A stretch of 41,867 nucleotides of DNA from a virus (taxonomy: Duplodnaviria > Caudoviricetes), in IMG/VR virus record IMGVR_UViG_3300017716_002053, positions 1 to 41,867 of that record. The stretch is one strand, 5' to 3'. Shown piece after piece: positions 1 through 7,190 of this stretch (position 1 is its first letter; every line of letters starts with the position of its first letter). A program made the position numbers and the translations under genes. Below the pieces are notes generated by a model. It did no database searches. It was not told the DNA's origin and saw nothing but the letters and a program-made list of their open reading frames with translations.

Positions 1-103
1 GCCTCCTGGCTGGTCCAGTAGTTGTACATCCGCTGCGCGTCCTTGGCGTTGCGGATGAGGCCGGAGATGTGCAGTTCGCCGTCGATCTCGAACTCGTTGC
101 CGA
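1..103. repeat. Exact terminal overlap with 41765-41867 (circular contig)
   Basis: 1-103 is identical to 41765-41867, and the portal ORF continues in frame across the junction. Confidence 0.95.
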
Positions 104-1031
104 TGACGCGGACCACGGGGATCCACCGGCCCGGCCAGTCCTGCTCCTCCAGCACCTCGAAGCCGTTGGTCTTGATCCACTTGATCGTCTTGCGGTCGGC
201 CCGGCGGGTCTGCACGGGCTGGCCGAATAGCAGCCGGGCGACCTTGTCCTCTCTGGAGCCCTCGTGGGCGGTCAGCCCGTTGGGGTACAGGTTCAGGGTC
301 GAGGGCTTGTGCTCGACATAGAAATATTCGGCGATCCGCACCGTGTTCTCGTTCAGCCACTGGCTGAGGGAGGGGTCGCCGACGCCTTGCTCCTGTATCG
401 ACCGCACCGAGGCGTCAGGCCACTGGCGCTCGTACTCGTCCTTGGTGATGTCCTGCGTGATGAAGCACCAGTTCGCGTCCGCGCCGGCGGGGTCCTGGAT
501 CATCGGGTCCATGTAGACGCTGAACGAGTTGCGGATGCGCCCGATGCGGATGTCCTGATTGAAGCTGTCGTCGTCGCAGTACTCGGTCAGCAGCCGGACG
601 TACCCCTCGCCGTATGTAACCTGATTGTCACAGGCTGTGTCATAGGCGACATCAGCGTCCGAGACGTACTCGATGTGCCGCATCATGCCGTTGAAGACCT
701 CGGCCACCTCGATGTCGGCGTTGTCGTCGGCGGGGATCACCTTGCCGGTGGGCCGGTTCTGCCTCTGGTCGTTGGTCACCTGCCGGACGTGCTGCGGCAG
801 CTTGTTGATCGTCAGGCACGGGCGGGCATTGATCGTGCTTCCTTGCGCCGCGCTGCGACTGGAAAGAACGTTTGCGTCCCACTGATAGTTATTGTCCGCT
901 GACCCGGCCATAAAGCGCAGGTCGTTCAGCTCGGCCTCCCGACTGGTCCCATACGCGGCTACAGCCGTCGTCATGCGGGACCGCATGGTCGACAGCATCT
1001 CCATTTTCGGGTCTGTTTTGGCGTCAGCCAT
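1..1031 (-). CDS. Portal protein, P22-like, N-terminal part (continues at 41764 down to 40714; ~693 aa in total)
   Basis: ATG at 1031 gives MADAKTDPK...RPCLTINKLPQHVRQVTNDQRQNRP, a P22-type portal motif; same frame as ORF 40714..41793 via the terminal overlap. Confidence 0.9.
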   Translation of the reverse strand, partial: MADAKTDPKMEMLSTMRSRMTTAVAAYGTSREAELNDLRFMAGSADNNYQWDANVLSSRSAAQGSTINARPCLTINKLPQHVRQVTNDQRQNRPTGKVIPADDNADIEVAEVFNGMMRHIEYVSDADVAYDTACDNQVTYGEGYVRLLTEYCDDDSFNQDIRIGRIRNSFSVYMDPMIQDPAGADANWCFITQDITKDEYERQWPDASVRSIQEQGVGDPSLSQWLNENTVRIAEYFYVEHKPSTLNLYPNGLTAHEGSREDKVARLLFGQPVQTRRADRKTIKWIKTNGFEVLEEQDWPGRWIPVVRVIGNEFEIDGELHISGLIRNAKDAQRMYNYWTSQE

Positions 1032-1605
1032 CGTGCCGGTTGCCTTTGCGCATGTTCTCGCTTCCCGGTAGGATTTGCAGGTTCCAAGGGACGTGCAAAC
1101 CCGACACGGTCTTGCCGAGCAGCGGCACGATATGGTCGACGTGCCAGCCTTCGCCGGTCAGGCGCGTTTTTTCGGCTGCTTCGACGTAAATAGCCTTGAT
1201 CTCGGCCAAATGCGCCTTGGTCAGCCACGTCGGCGTCCGCTGGAGCTTCACCGCGCGGCGTTCCGCCGCCTTGGCGCGGACGTGAGCCTTGTTCCGCAGC
1301 TTCCACGAACTGGAGATCAGCAGGTATTTTTCCGGGTTCTTGGCCTGCCAGCTATCGTTAAGCGCCTTGATCTTGTCCGGATTGGCCTTGCGATACCCGG
1401 AGGCGTACTCGCGGTTCTTCTCGCGGTTTTTCGATGCGTAGACCCGCACATTCGCCCGGTGCTTCGCCTTGTTGGCCTCGTTCCACGCCAGCGCGGCCTC
1501 GGTCGCGCAGGTGACGCACTTCTTGCTCACGGCATAGCGACCGCAGACGTGCCCGTTCTTGCACGGTACGCCGACGTCGATCAGCTTTGCGGGGGCCTTG
1601 GCCAT
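1024..1605 (-). CDS. HNH (homing) endonuclease
   Basis: Start likely ATG 1605 (TGATG overlap with terL stop); PCKNGH...CVTC N-terminus; WHVDHIVPL..VSGLHVPWNLQILPGSENMRKGN HNH motif. Confidence 0.88.
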   Translation of the reverse strand: MAKAPAKLIDVGVPCKNGHVCGRYAVSKKCVTCATEAALAWNEANKAKHRANVRVYASKNREKNREYASGYRKANPDKIKALNDSWQAKNPEKYLLISSSWKLRNKAHVRAKAAERRAVKLQRTPTWLTKAHLAEIKAIYVEAAEKTRLTGEGWHVDHIVPLLGKTVSGLHVPWNLQILPGSENMRKGNRHDG

Positions 1606-3125
1606 CAGCTCGCCATCCATGAGGATTGCGTTGGAGCGTAGTGTCTTTGCGGCGTCTTGTCGACACGCGCGGTGGAGGCGACAGGGAAGGCGAAGGTGAC
1701 GCAGATCGCGTCGGCGGCGTCGGGGCTTTGCAGCCCCCTGGCGCGCATGTCCTTCTTGCTTTCGAGGAACATCGTCCCCTTGCTGTCCGGCTTGACTAAG
1801 GGGGAGATCAGGTCGCTCTTGAGCAGCCGGTCGGCAGGGATACTGGCGGTCTTGAGCCAGTCGCGCATGGCACCCCACATCTCGGCCCGCTTGTTCCCCC
1901 ACATCATCGGCTGGCGCGATCGCATGCCGAAGTTGACGCCGCGCACCTGCTTGTACCGCTGCTCCTTGAGCCGGTCGACGACGCCGCCGCCGACGCCGCC
2001 CTCGTCGATGACGACCAGGGCAGGTGAGTACTCCTCGATCGCCTCGATCACCCGCCCGACCACCTCCATGGTGTCGGCCCCGCGGTGCCGTTTGATGGCG
2101 ATGATGTCGCGTCCCTTGCGCACGGCGATGACGGTGGCGTCCGACCCGAACCGTGCGGGGTCCACGCCGATGATGATCGGAGCCGTCGGGTCCTTGGCCG
2201 GGACGCGCTCCATGGCGTCGTCGACCAGGGTGCTGGAAATGAACTGGTCGTCGCTCTCGTTGGGGAAGACCCCGTAGACCTCAACGTGCGCCTGGGGGCT
2301 GTCAGGCCCGTATTCCTCGATAATCCGCTCATAGACCTTCTGGTCGGTCCCCTCGACGGTGCGCGCGTCGACGATGGTGGTCGACCAGAACGCGCGGCGG
2401 GCGTGGAAGGCCTCGTAGAAGTAGCCGGTGTTGCGCCGGGGGTTGGAAAAGGCCATCCAGAAGCGATCCGGGGTGTTTTCGGTGAAAAAGCCGTCCGTAA
2501 CTGACCAAATCTGGTCTGGAATACCGGATGCCTCGTCAAAAATGACCATTACTCCGTCGTAGTTGTGCGTGCCGGCGTATGCGTCGGGGTTCTCGGCGGA
2601 CCAGAGCTGCGCGTGGGCGGCCCACAGCCGGGTGTCGCGGTTCATCTCGTCCTCGACGAGGGTGGTCAGCCACTTGGCCATGGTGATCCGGGTGGCGATC
2701 GGCTCGAACCAGTGCCGGTTGATGGCCATCGACGCCCATTTGGTCACCTCGGGCCATGTTTTCGTCGTCAATTGCGCCTCGGTGTTGGCCGAGACGATGG
2801 TGGTGGACCCGATCCGGGTGGTGAGCATCCACAGCACCAGCCATGAGACGAGCGCGGACTTGCCGATGCCCCGGCCCGAGGACACGACCTTGCGCAGCAT
2901 GTTGTAGTCGATCTCGCCGGCGTTGGCGTGGTTGTGGCGGGCGATCTCCTGGAGGATCTCGCGCTGCCATTTGCGCGGTCCCGTGAACTTATGGAGTGGG
3001 GTGCCCTGCTGCCCCCACGGGAAGGCGAACATCACGAACGCCAGCGGGTCCTCCCTGAACCGGGGGGACCACAAGGCGGCCATCAGCGTGGTTTCGTCCT
3101 TGGGACTGTATTTAGTCTGCTGCAT
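1605..3125 (-). CDS. terL: Terminase large subunit
   Basis: Walker A SGRGIGKS, Walker B VIFDEASG, coupling motif FSNP, nuclease IGVDPARFGSD and SPDAADA. Confidence 0.95.
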   Translation of the reverse strand: MQQTKYSPKDETTLMAALWSPRFREDPLAFVMFAFPWGQQGTPLHKFTGPRKWQREILQEIARHNHANAGEIDYNMLRKVVSSGRGIGKSALVSWLVLWMLTTRIGSTTIVSANTEAQLTTKTWPEVTKWASMAINRHWFEPIATRITMAKWLTTLVEDEMNRDTRLWAAHAQLWSAENPDAYAGTHNYDGVMVIFDEASGIPDQIWSVTDGFFTENTPDRFWMAFSNPRRNTGYFYEAFHARRAFWSTTIVDARTVEGTDQKVYERIIEEYGPDSPQAHVEVYGVFPNESDDQFISSTLVDDAMERVPAKDPTAPIIIGVDPARFGSDATVIAVRKGRDIIAIKRHRGADTMEVVGRVIEAIEEYSPALVVIDEGGVGGGVVDRLKEQRYKQVRGVNFGMRSRQPMMWGNKRAEMWGAMRDWLKTASIPADRLLKSDLISPLVKPDSKGTMFLESKKDMRARGLQSPDAADAICVTFAFPVASTARVDKTPQRHYAPTQSSWMAS

Positions 3126-3552
3126 GCCGCGCCTCGCCTTCGATTACCGGCGCGTAGGCGGGGAGGCTGTCGACGCGCTGGTTGGCCAGTTCGAGGGCGT
3201 GCAGGACGCTGATCTTCTCGTTGATCTCGACGTCGATCTGCGTGCGGGCGACCCAGCCGCGGGTGTGTTTCAGCAGGTCCAAGGCTGTTTTGGGGTCTTT
3301 GTGGATGGTGGCGGCCTCGTAGAGCACTGTGGCCAGGGCCATCTCGCCGTCGGCGATGCCCTTCTCGACGGCCAGTTCGACGAGGGGGTCCATTTGCGCC
3401 AGTCGTCGGTAGTCCTCGGGCTTCATCCCGGCGGCGTAGGCGATGCGATCGCCTTTGAGCCCTTTGCGGGCGGCGTCGTAGATGGCGGTCAGCCGCTGCT
3501 CCGTAGCTTGGAGCGTCAGCGGCTCGTGCGTGAGGGTGAGGAAGTCCGTCAT
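3112..3552 (-). CDS. terS: Putative terminase small subunit
   Basis: 146 aa immediately upstream of terL; HTH-like N-terminus (GDRIAYAAGM) and typical LLKHTRGW segment. Confidence 0.7.
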   Translation of the reverse strand: MTDFLTLTHEPLTLQATEQRLTAIYDAARKGLKGDRIAYAAGMKPEDYRRLAQMDPLVELAVEKGIADGEMALATVLYEAATIHKDPKTALDLLKHTRGWVARTQIDVEINEKISVLHALELANQRVDSLPAYAPVIEGEARHAAD

Positions 3553-3559
3553 GCGCCGG

Positions 3560-3588
3560 AGGGTAGCTTAGGCGCTGGAGGAGGGCAA
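3560..3588 (-). promoter_or_regulatory. sigma70-type promoter for terS, probably leaderless mRNA
   Basis: Minus strand TTGCCC-N17-TACCCT, 7 nt before the ATG at 3552; no SD sequence. Confidence 0.5.
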
Positions 3589-3594
3589 TGTGGA

Positions 3595-3626
3595 GCAGAA
3601 ACGCCCCCGGCGTGAACCGAGGGCGT
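3595..3626 (-). terminator. Putative intrinsic terminator
   Basis: Minus strand ACGCCCTCGG-TTCACG-CCGGGGGCGT followed by TTCT. Confidence 0.55.
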
Positions 3627-3667
3627 CCTTGGTACTGCACCGACAATCGGTTTACGTCCGATAACGC

Positions 3668-3829
3668 GCGAGGCCGGGCGCTACCCCGGCTATCCCTTAA
3701 ACTACGGGCTTCTTTTACCGTTGCCCGACTGGTCCGGAACCAGCATTTCGCACGGCTTAGGTGCGCGTTTTGTAACCCGGCGGAGCAACTTGGACGGCTC
3801 GTCTGCGTGTCTGCTTCCACGCCGCTCGC
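3668..3829 (-). ncRNA. Putative tRNA-like structured ncRNA
   Basis: Closing stem GCGAG/CTCGC; D-arm-like GCGTG-GAAGCAGA-CACGC; T-arm-like GCCGGG-GTAGCG-CCCGGC; structured ~115-nt insert; flanked by a promoter and a terminator. Confidence 0.55.
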
Positions 3830-3835
3830 AGGGGC

Positions 3836-3864
3836 CTTATAGCTGAGGTTGGGGCTTGTAGCAA
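3836..3864 (-). promoter_or_regulatory. sigma70-type promoter for the putative ncRNA
   Basis: Minus strand TTGCTA-N17-TATAAG with an AT-rich tract upstream; -10 ends 6 nt before the RNA stem. Confidence 0.6.
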
Positions 3865-4034
3865 AAAATAAAAATCGTTCGCGACAGGTCCCTCTCGCAC
3901 GCCACATTCCCTCGGCCCTACCCCCGCCCCTTCAAGCAATCGGCTTCACGCCTGCCGGCCTGGCGCTCGCATCCAGCGCGCATGTGCCTCGCATCGTGCG
4001 AGCTGATAGCTAGGGGTGTGTGGCCATATGGGTT

Positions 4035-4065
4035 CAACGCTAGACCGGTGACCGGTCTAGCGTTG
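4035..4065. repeat. Perfect palindrome, 15-bp arms with 1-nt spacer
   Basis: CAACGCTAGACCGGT-G-ACCGGTCTAGCGTTG. Confidence 0.95.
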
Positions 4066-4118
4066 CGCATTTATTGTGTCAATGGGGGCTTGACACTGTA
4101 GCGATGTGGCTATAGATA
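4054..4118. promoter_or_regulatory. Back-to-back divergent sigma70 promoters
   Basis: Minus strand TTGACA (4082-4077)-N17-TAGACC; plus strand TTGACA (4090-4095)-N17-TAGATA. Confidence 0.6.
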
Positions 4119-4162
4119 GGAGGGACAAGCCGCGTTGGGCGGCTGTCAGAGGGAATGAGACT

Positions 4163-4342
4163 ATGGCGTACGGTGACAAGAGGGATTGCCGCAAAATCGA
4201 TCTGTATGTGCGCAAGCACGGCGAGAAGGCATGGACCTACGCGACGTCGACGACGTGGGCGCGTACGTGCCGGGAGGCGGTCACTAACTTTCAGCCCGTC
4301 GGCCCTGGCGTCACGTTTGAAGTCAAGGCGCGGTTCGCCTGA
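4163..4342 (+). CDS. Hypothetical early protein (59 aa)
   Basis: AGAGGGA SD before ATG 4163; downstream of a promoter. Confidence 0.7.
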   Translation: MAYGDKRDCRKIDLYVRKHGEKAWTYATSTTWARTCREAVTNFQPVGPGVTFEVKARFA

Positions 4343-4396
4343 CGTGCCCGGTTATCCGCGCGAGCCATACGCTCGCGCGGACTTCCCGGCCTGTTA
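4340..4396 (+). repeat. Conserved intergenic stem-loop, copy A
   Basis: TGAC..CCCGG-TTA-[11-bp stem]-CTT-CCCGG..GTTA; homologous to 5842-5894 and 6395-6446. Confidence 0.8.
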
Positions 4397-4422
4397 GAGC
4401 GCCGATTTGAGAGGGATCTACA

Positions 4423-4671
4423 ATGGCTAAGTCTTTTCGCGTTCGCTATGTGGCTGCGCTGCGTGCGCTCGACGCTGCGCGGGCGGTTGTTTACGCCGCG
4501 GCGCCGTCTAACAACGTGGTGTTTTCGGAATGCCGCAAGCTCGCATCGCCGGAGGCCGGCGCAGCCTATGACGCCGCATTCTCCGCGCTCTACGCTCTCG
4601 ACTATGAGGCGGAGCAATCCGGCAAGGCCTACCAGGCCCGCGACGCAGCTCGCAGCGAATATTACGCCTAG
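4423..4671 (+). CDS. Hypothetical early protein (82 aa)
   Basis: GAGAGGGA SD; ORF followed by a terminator. Confidence 0.75.
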   Translation: MAKSFRVRYVAALRALDAARAVVYAAAPSNNVVFSECRKLASPEAGAAYDAAFSALYALDYEAEQSGKAYQARDAARSEYYA

Positions 4672-4692
4672 CCAAAAACCACTCATTTTCAC

Positions 4693-4722
4693 GCCCGCCA
4701 GGATCATTCTGGCGGGCTTTTT
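4693..4722 (+). terminator. Rho-independent terminator
   Basis: GCCCGCCAGGA-TCAT-TCTGGCGGGC-TTTTT. Confidence 0.85.
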
Positions 4723-4783
4723 GTGGTCCTCGTGTAGTCAATGGCATTTCAGGCTCAAAACGCCGCCCTCACTGAACGACAAG

Positions 4784-5130
4784 GCATTTGTGGGCAATGT
4801 GGAAATGCGCAAGGACTTTTTAGTTTTGTGTAGGGAATTGTGGCAAGAAAACGGCCATTTCTACAACCCCAACACAAAAGTCCAACTCCATTTCTACATT
4901 ACCCACATTTAGCTAACAGATTGATCGGGCAGCCGATTTGGACCCCGACGCAATTACCCACATCGGTCAATTGTAGTACCCACATTTTGGAACAATAAGC
5001 GAACGCTACAAAACATGATTTCCCGCATAGCGAGACACATTTGGACACATGACTTATCGGTGTAAAATGTGGGTACTACATCGGCCATTTGTGGGCAATT
5101 GTACTGCACCCCGAAAACACCCCGAAAACA
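4784..5130. repeat. AT-rich region with two long inverted repeats and iteron-like RCCCACA motifs (candidate origin)
   Basis: IR 4789-4833 vs 4861-4907; perfect 17-bp IR 4972-4988/5064-5080; IR 4951-4962/5090-5101; tandem CACCCCGAAAA x2 at 5107-5128. Confidence 0.6.
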
Positions 5131-5171
5131 TCATCCGCACGCGGACTAATTCAAGGCTCGAATAAAGCCTG

Positions 5172-5200
5172 TTGACACCTAATAGCTGATCCGCTACACA
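5172..5200 (+). promoter_or_regulatory. sigma70-type early promoter
   Basis: TTGACA-N17-TACACA. Confidence 0.65.
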
Positions 5201-5247
5201 TCTCAATATGGGCCGCGCATCGCAGGTCCAACGAGAGGGAAACGAAC

Positions 5248-5844
5248 ATGCTCCAGATTAACGCCAACCTTTTCGCCCGCGTCGCCATGGCGCAATCGTC
5301 CGACCCAGGCCGCTACTATATCGGCGGCGTGCACGTTTCCGCGCATCCGCGCGGCGAGGGCGTCATTCTCGCCGCTACGGACGGCCACATGATGCTGGTC
5401 GCACATGACGCCGCCGGCACGCCGCCGACCGCGGAAAGCGGCCTGATAGTCAACCTTGGCAAAGACGGACTGAAAGCCGCGGCCAAAGGCGACGTGGTGA
5501 CGCTGGATCCGGCGACCGGGCAAGCTCGCGTTGATACCGCATGGATCAGCCCGGCGACCACGATCGTTGACGGCTCTTTCCCTGACTGGCGCCGCATCTT
5601 GCCGCGCCCGGCGAACGAAGGCGAGATGCTGACCCATACCGCCGCCGCATTCGATCCGAACTTGCTGCAAACGCTTGGCAAGGCTCTTTCCGAAACGCCC
5701 AAAACGCCAGGCGGACTACGCCTCCGCGCCACCGACGCCAGCAACGCGCACATGGCGACAATCGCCAACAGCCTTCCGATCTTCGGCGTGGTCATGCCGA
5801 TCCGCACGCCCGAGGGCGGCGACACCCTGCCCGCGTGGCTGTAA
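5248..5844 (+). CDS. Truncated DNA polymerase III beta-clamp-like protein
   Basis: RYYIGGVHV, LAATDGH, IVDGSFPDWRRILP, FDPNLL and FGVVMPIR resemble DnaN domain II-III motifs. Confidence 0.7.
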   Translation: MLQINANLFARVAMAQSSDPGRYYIGGVHVSAHPRGEGVILAATDGHMMLVAHDAAGTPPTAESGLIVNLGKDGLKAAAKGDVVTLDPATGQARVDTAWISPATTIVDGSFPDWRRILPRPANEGEMLTHTAAAFDPNLLQTLGKALSETPKTPGGLRLRATDASNAHMATIANSLPIFGVVMPIRTPEGGDTLPAWL

Positions 5845-5894
5845 TCACCCCGCTTACCCCTCGCCATGTCGGCGAGGGGCTTGCCGGACGATTA
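5842..5894 (+). repeat. Conserved intergenic stem-loop, copy B
   Basis: TAATC..CCCGC-TTA-[9-bp stem]-CTT-GCCGG..GATTA. Confidence 0.8.
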
Positions 5895-5906
5895 TCGCCC
5901 GACCAA

Positions 5907-5935
5907 TTGACACTGTAAGCGACACGCTATACAAC
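5907..5935 (+). promoter_or_regulatory. sigma70-type early promoter
   Basis: TTGACA-N17-TACAAC; shares TTGACACTGTA(A)GCGA..GCTATA with the 4090 promoter. Confidence 0.65.
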
Positions 5936-5965
5936 GACACCTATCAGCTAGAGGGAAACAAGCTA

Positions 5966-6397
5966 ATGCAAACGGACATCACAAACAGCGAAGATCTGAT
6001 CGACAGCCGCGACGTTATCGCGCGGATAGAAGCGCTTTGGGACGAACGCAGCGCTTTGCAGGATACCGCGGACGACGCTGACGAAGACGACGCTACCCGC
6101 ATTCAGGCCCTCAACGATCTTGAGGCGTGGGACAAGAGCGACGAAAGCCGCGAGCTGGCCGCGTTGCAGGCCCTGGCGAAACAAGGTGAGGCGTATGCGC
6201 CCCATTGGGAGCACGGCGAAACGCTGATCCGCTCGACCTACTTTGTCGAGTACGCGGAGGATCTGGCCAAAGACTGCGACGGCCTGCCCCGCGACCTGCC
6301 CGCGTACATTGAGATCGATTGGGAAACGACAGCCGAAAACATCAAGGTCGATTACACCGAGATCGACTTCGACGGGGTTCCGTACCTGATCCGCTGA
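5966..6397 (+). CDS. Acidic protein, ArdA-like antirestriction candidate
   Basis: AGAGGGA SD; very D/E-rich; C-terminal EYAEDL...LPAYIEIDWE...DY resembles the ArdA C-terminal motif. Confidence 0.55.
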   Translation: MQTDITNSEDLIDSRDVIARIEALWDERSALQDTADDADEDDATRIQALNDLEAWDKSDESRELAALQALAKQGEAYAPHWEHGETLIRSTYFVEYAEDLAKDCDGLPRDLPAYIEIDWETTAENIKVDYTEIDFDGVPYLIR

Positions 6398-6446
6398 CGC
6401 GCCCGCTTACCCCGCGCCCACGGGCGCGGGGCTTGCCGGCCTGTTA
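6395..6446 (+). repeat. Conserved intergenic stem-loop, copy C
   Basis: TGAC..CCCGC-TTA-[stem]-CTT-GCCGG..GTTA. Confidence 0.8.
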
Positions 6447-6469
6447 GCCGATCACCAGAGGGACGACAC

Positions 6470-6742
6470 ATGACCACGATCGACGACATCCTGAACGCCG
6501 CCCGGCTCAACGCCGCCACGCCAGCCGACGTCATGCGGATCGAAGATCTGCAGCGCGAGCACCAGGCCCTCGCCGACACCATGCTCGCGCACGGCTATGA
6601 CGCGGACGACGTCGCGACCGCCATGGACGACCTCAAGGCGCTGCGGGACCACGCAAGCAAACAGCCCTTTGACCGCGCCAGCCATCTGTTGTCCGAGGAC
6701 GTCAACGAATGGCTCGCCGAACTGGAAAGGCTCGCGGAATGA
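6470..6742 (+). CDS. Hypothetical acidic protein (90 aa)
   Basis: AGAGGGA SD; phage-like codon usage. Confidence 0.75.
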   Translation: MTTIDDILNAARLNAATPADVMRIEDLQREHQALADTMLAHGYDADDVATAMDDLKALRDHASKQPFDRASHLLSEDVNEWLAELERLAE

Positions 6743-6921
6743 CCACCCATTACCGCACGGTTTATGTCGTCGGCTGGACCGACTTCCGCGGAGACACGCC
6801 GAAGGGTGGGACGCTGGAAACCTACCGCCGCACCGAGGCGTATGCCTTCCGCAAGGCCAAGCGCGCCGAGGGGTGCGAGGCTGACATTTCAACTCGCCTT
6901 TCGTTTGGGGCTGCACAATGA
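6739..6921 (+). CDS. Hypothetical protein (60 aa)
   Basis: ATGA overlaps with both neighbours. Confidence 0.65.
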   Translation: MTTHYRTVYVVGWTDFRGDTPKGGTLETYRRTEAYAFRKAKRAEGCEADISTRLSFGAAQ

Positions 6922-7190
6922 CCACACTCGCACGCTTCAAGGCCGCGACCGGTCTCACCAACCCCGAGATCGGCGCGCTGCTAGGCGTCAGCGCGCCGAC
7001 GGTCCAGGCCGCCATAGGTGGCCCCTCCAACCCGCCTCGCGGTCCACTGGCGCGTGACCCGGTGCCCGCCTTCGCACGCGACGCCATGACCGCGCACCTC
7101 GCCGGCCAGCTCGCCACGCTCAAGGCCTTGCAACAGTGTTTGCTTTCCGCTACACCGGACACCACACAAGAGGGAGACGACCGATGCTAG
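6918..7190 (+). CDS. Helix-turn-helix DNA-binding protein
   Basis: GLTNPEIGALLGVSAPTVQ is an XRE/Cro-like HTH pattern. Confidence 0.65.
   Translation: MTTLARFKAATGLTNPEIGALLGVSAPTVQAAIGGPSNPPRGPLARDPVPAFARDAMTAHLAGQLATLKALQQCLLSATPDTTQEGDDRC

Noticed and set aside
3668-3829. Canonical tRNA or tmRNA
   Set aside because: No TTCRA T-loop, no 7-nt anticodon loop, no CCA and no recognisable tag peptide; kept only as tRNA-like
3083-3907. 274-aa ORF (and 3588..3842, 3757..3939)
   Set aside because: Overlaps terS out of frame, has no protein-like features, and the region is explained by promoter-RNA-terminator structure
4448-4912. 154-aa ORF
   Set aside because: Out of frame with 4423..4671 and runs through a clear terminator into the repeat region
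4784-5130. CRISPR array
   Set aside because: Repeats are short, inverted and irregularly spaced
4340-6446. Integron attC sites
   Set aside because: GTTAG ends are suggestive, but the inverse core is TGAC/TAATC rather than AAC, pairing relies on G-U, and no integron integrase is present
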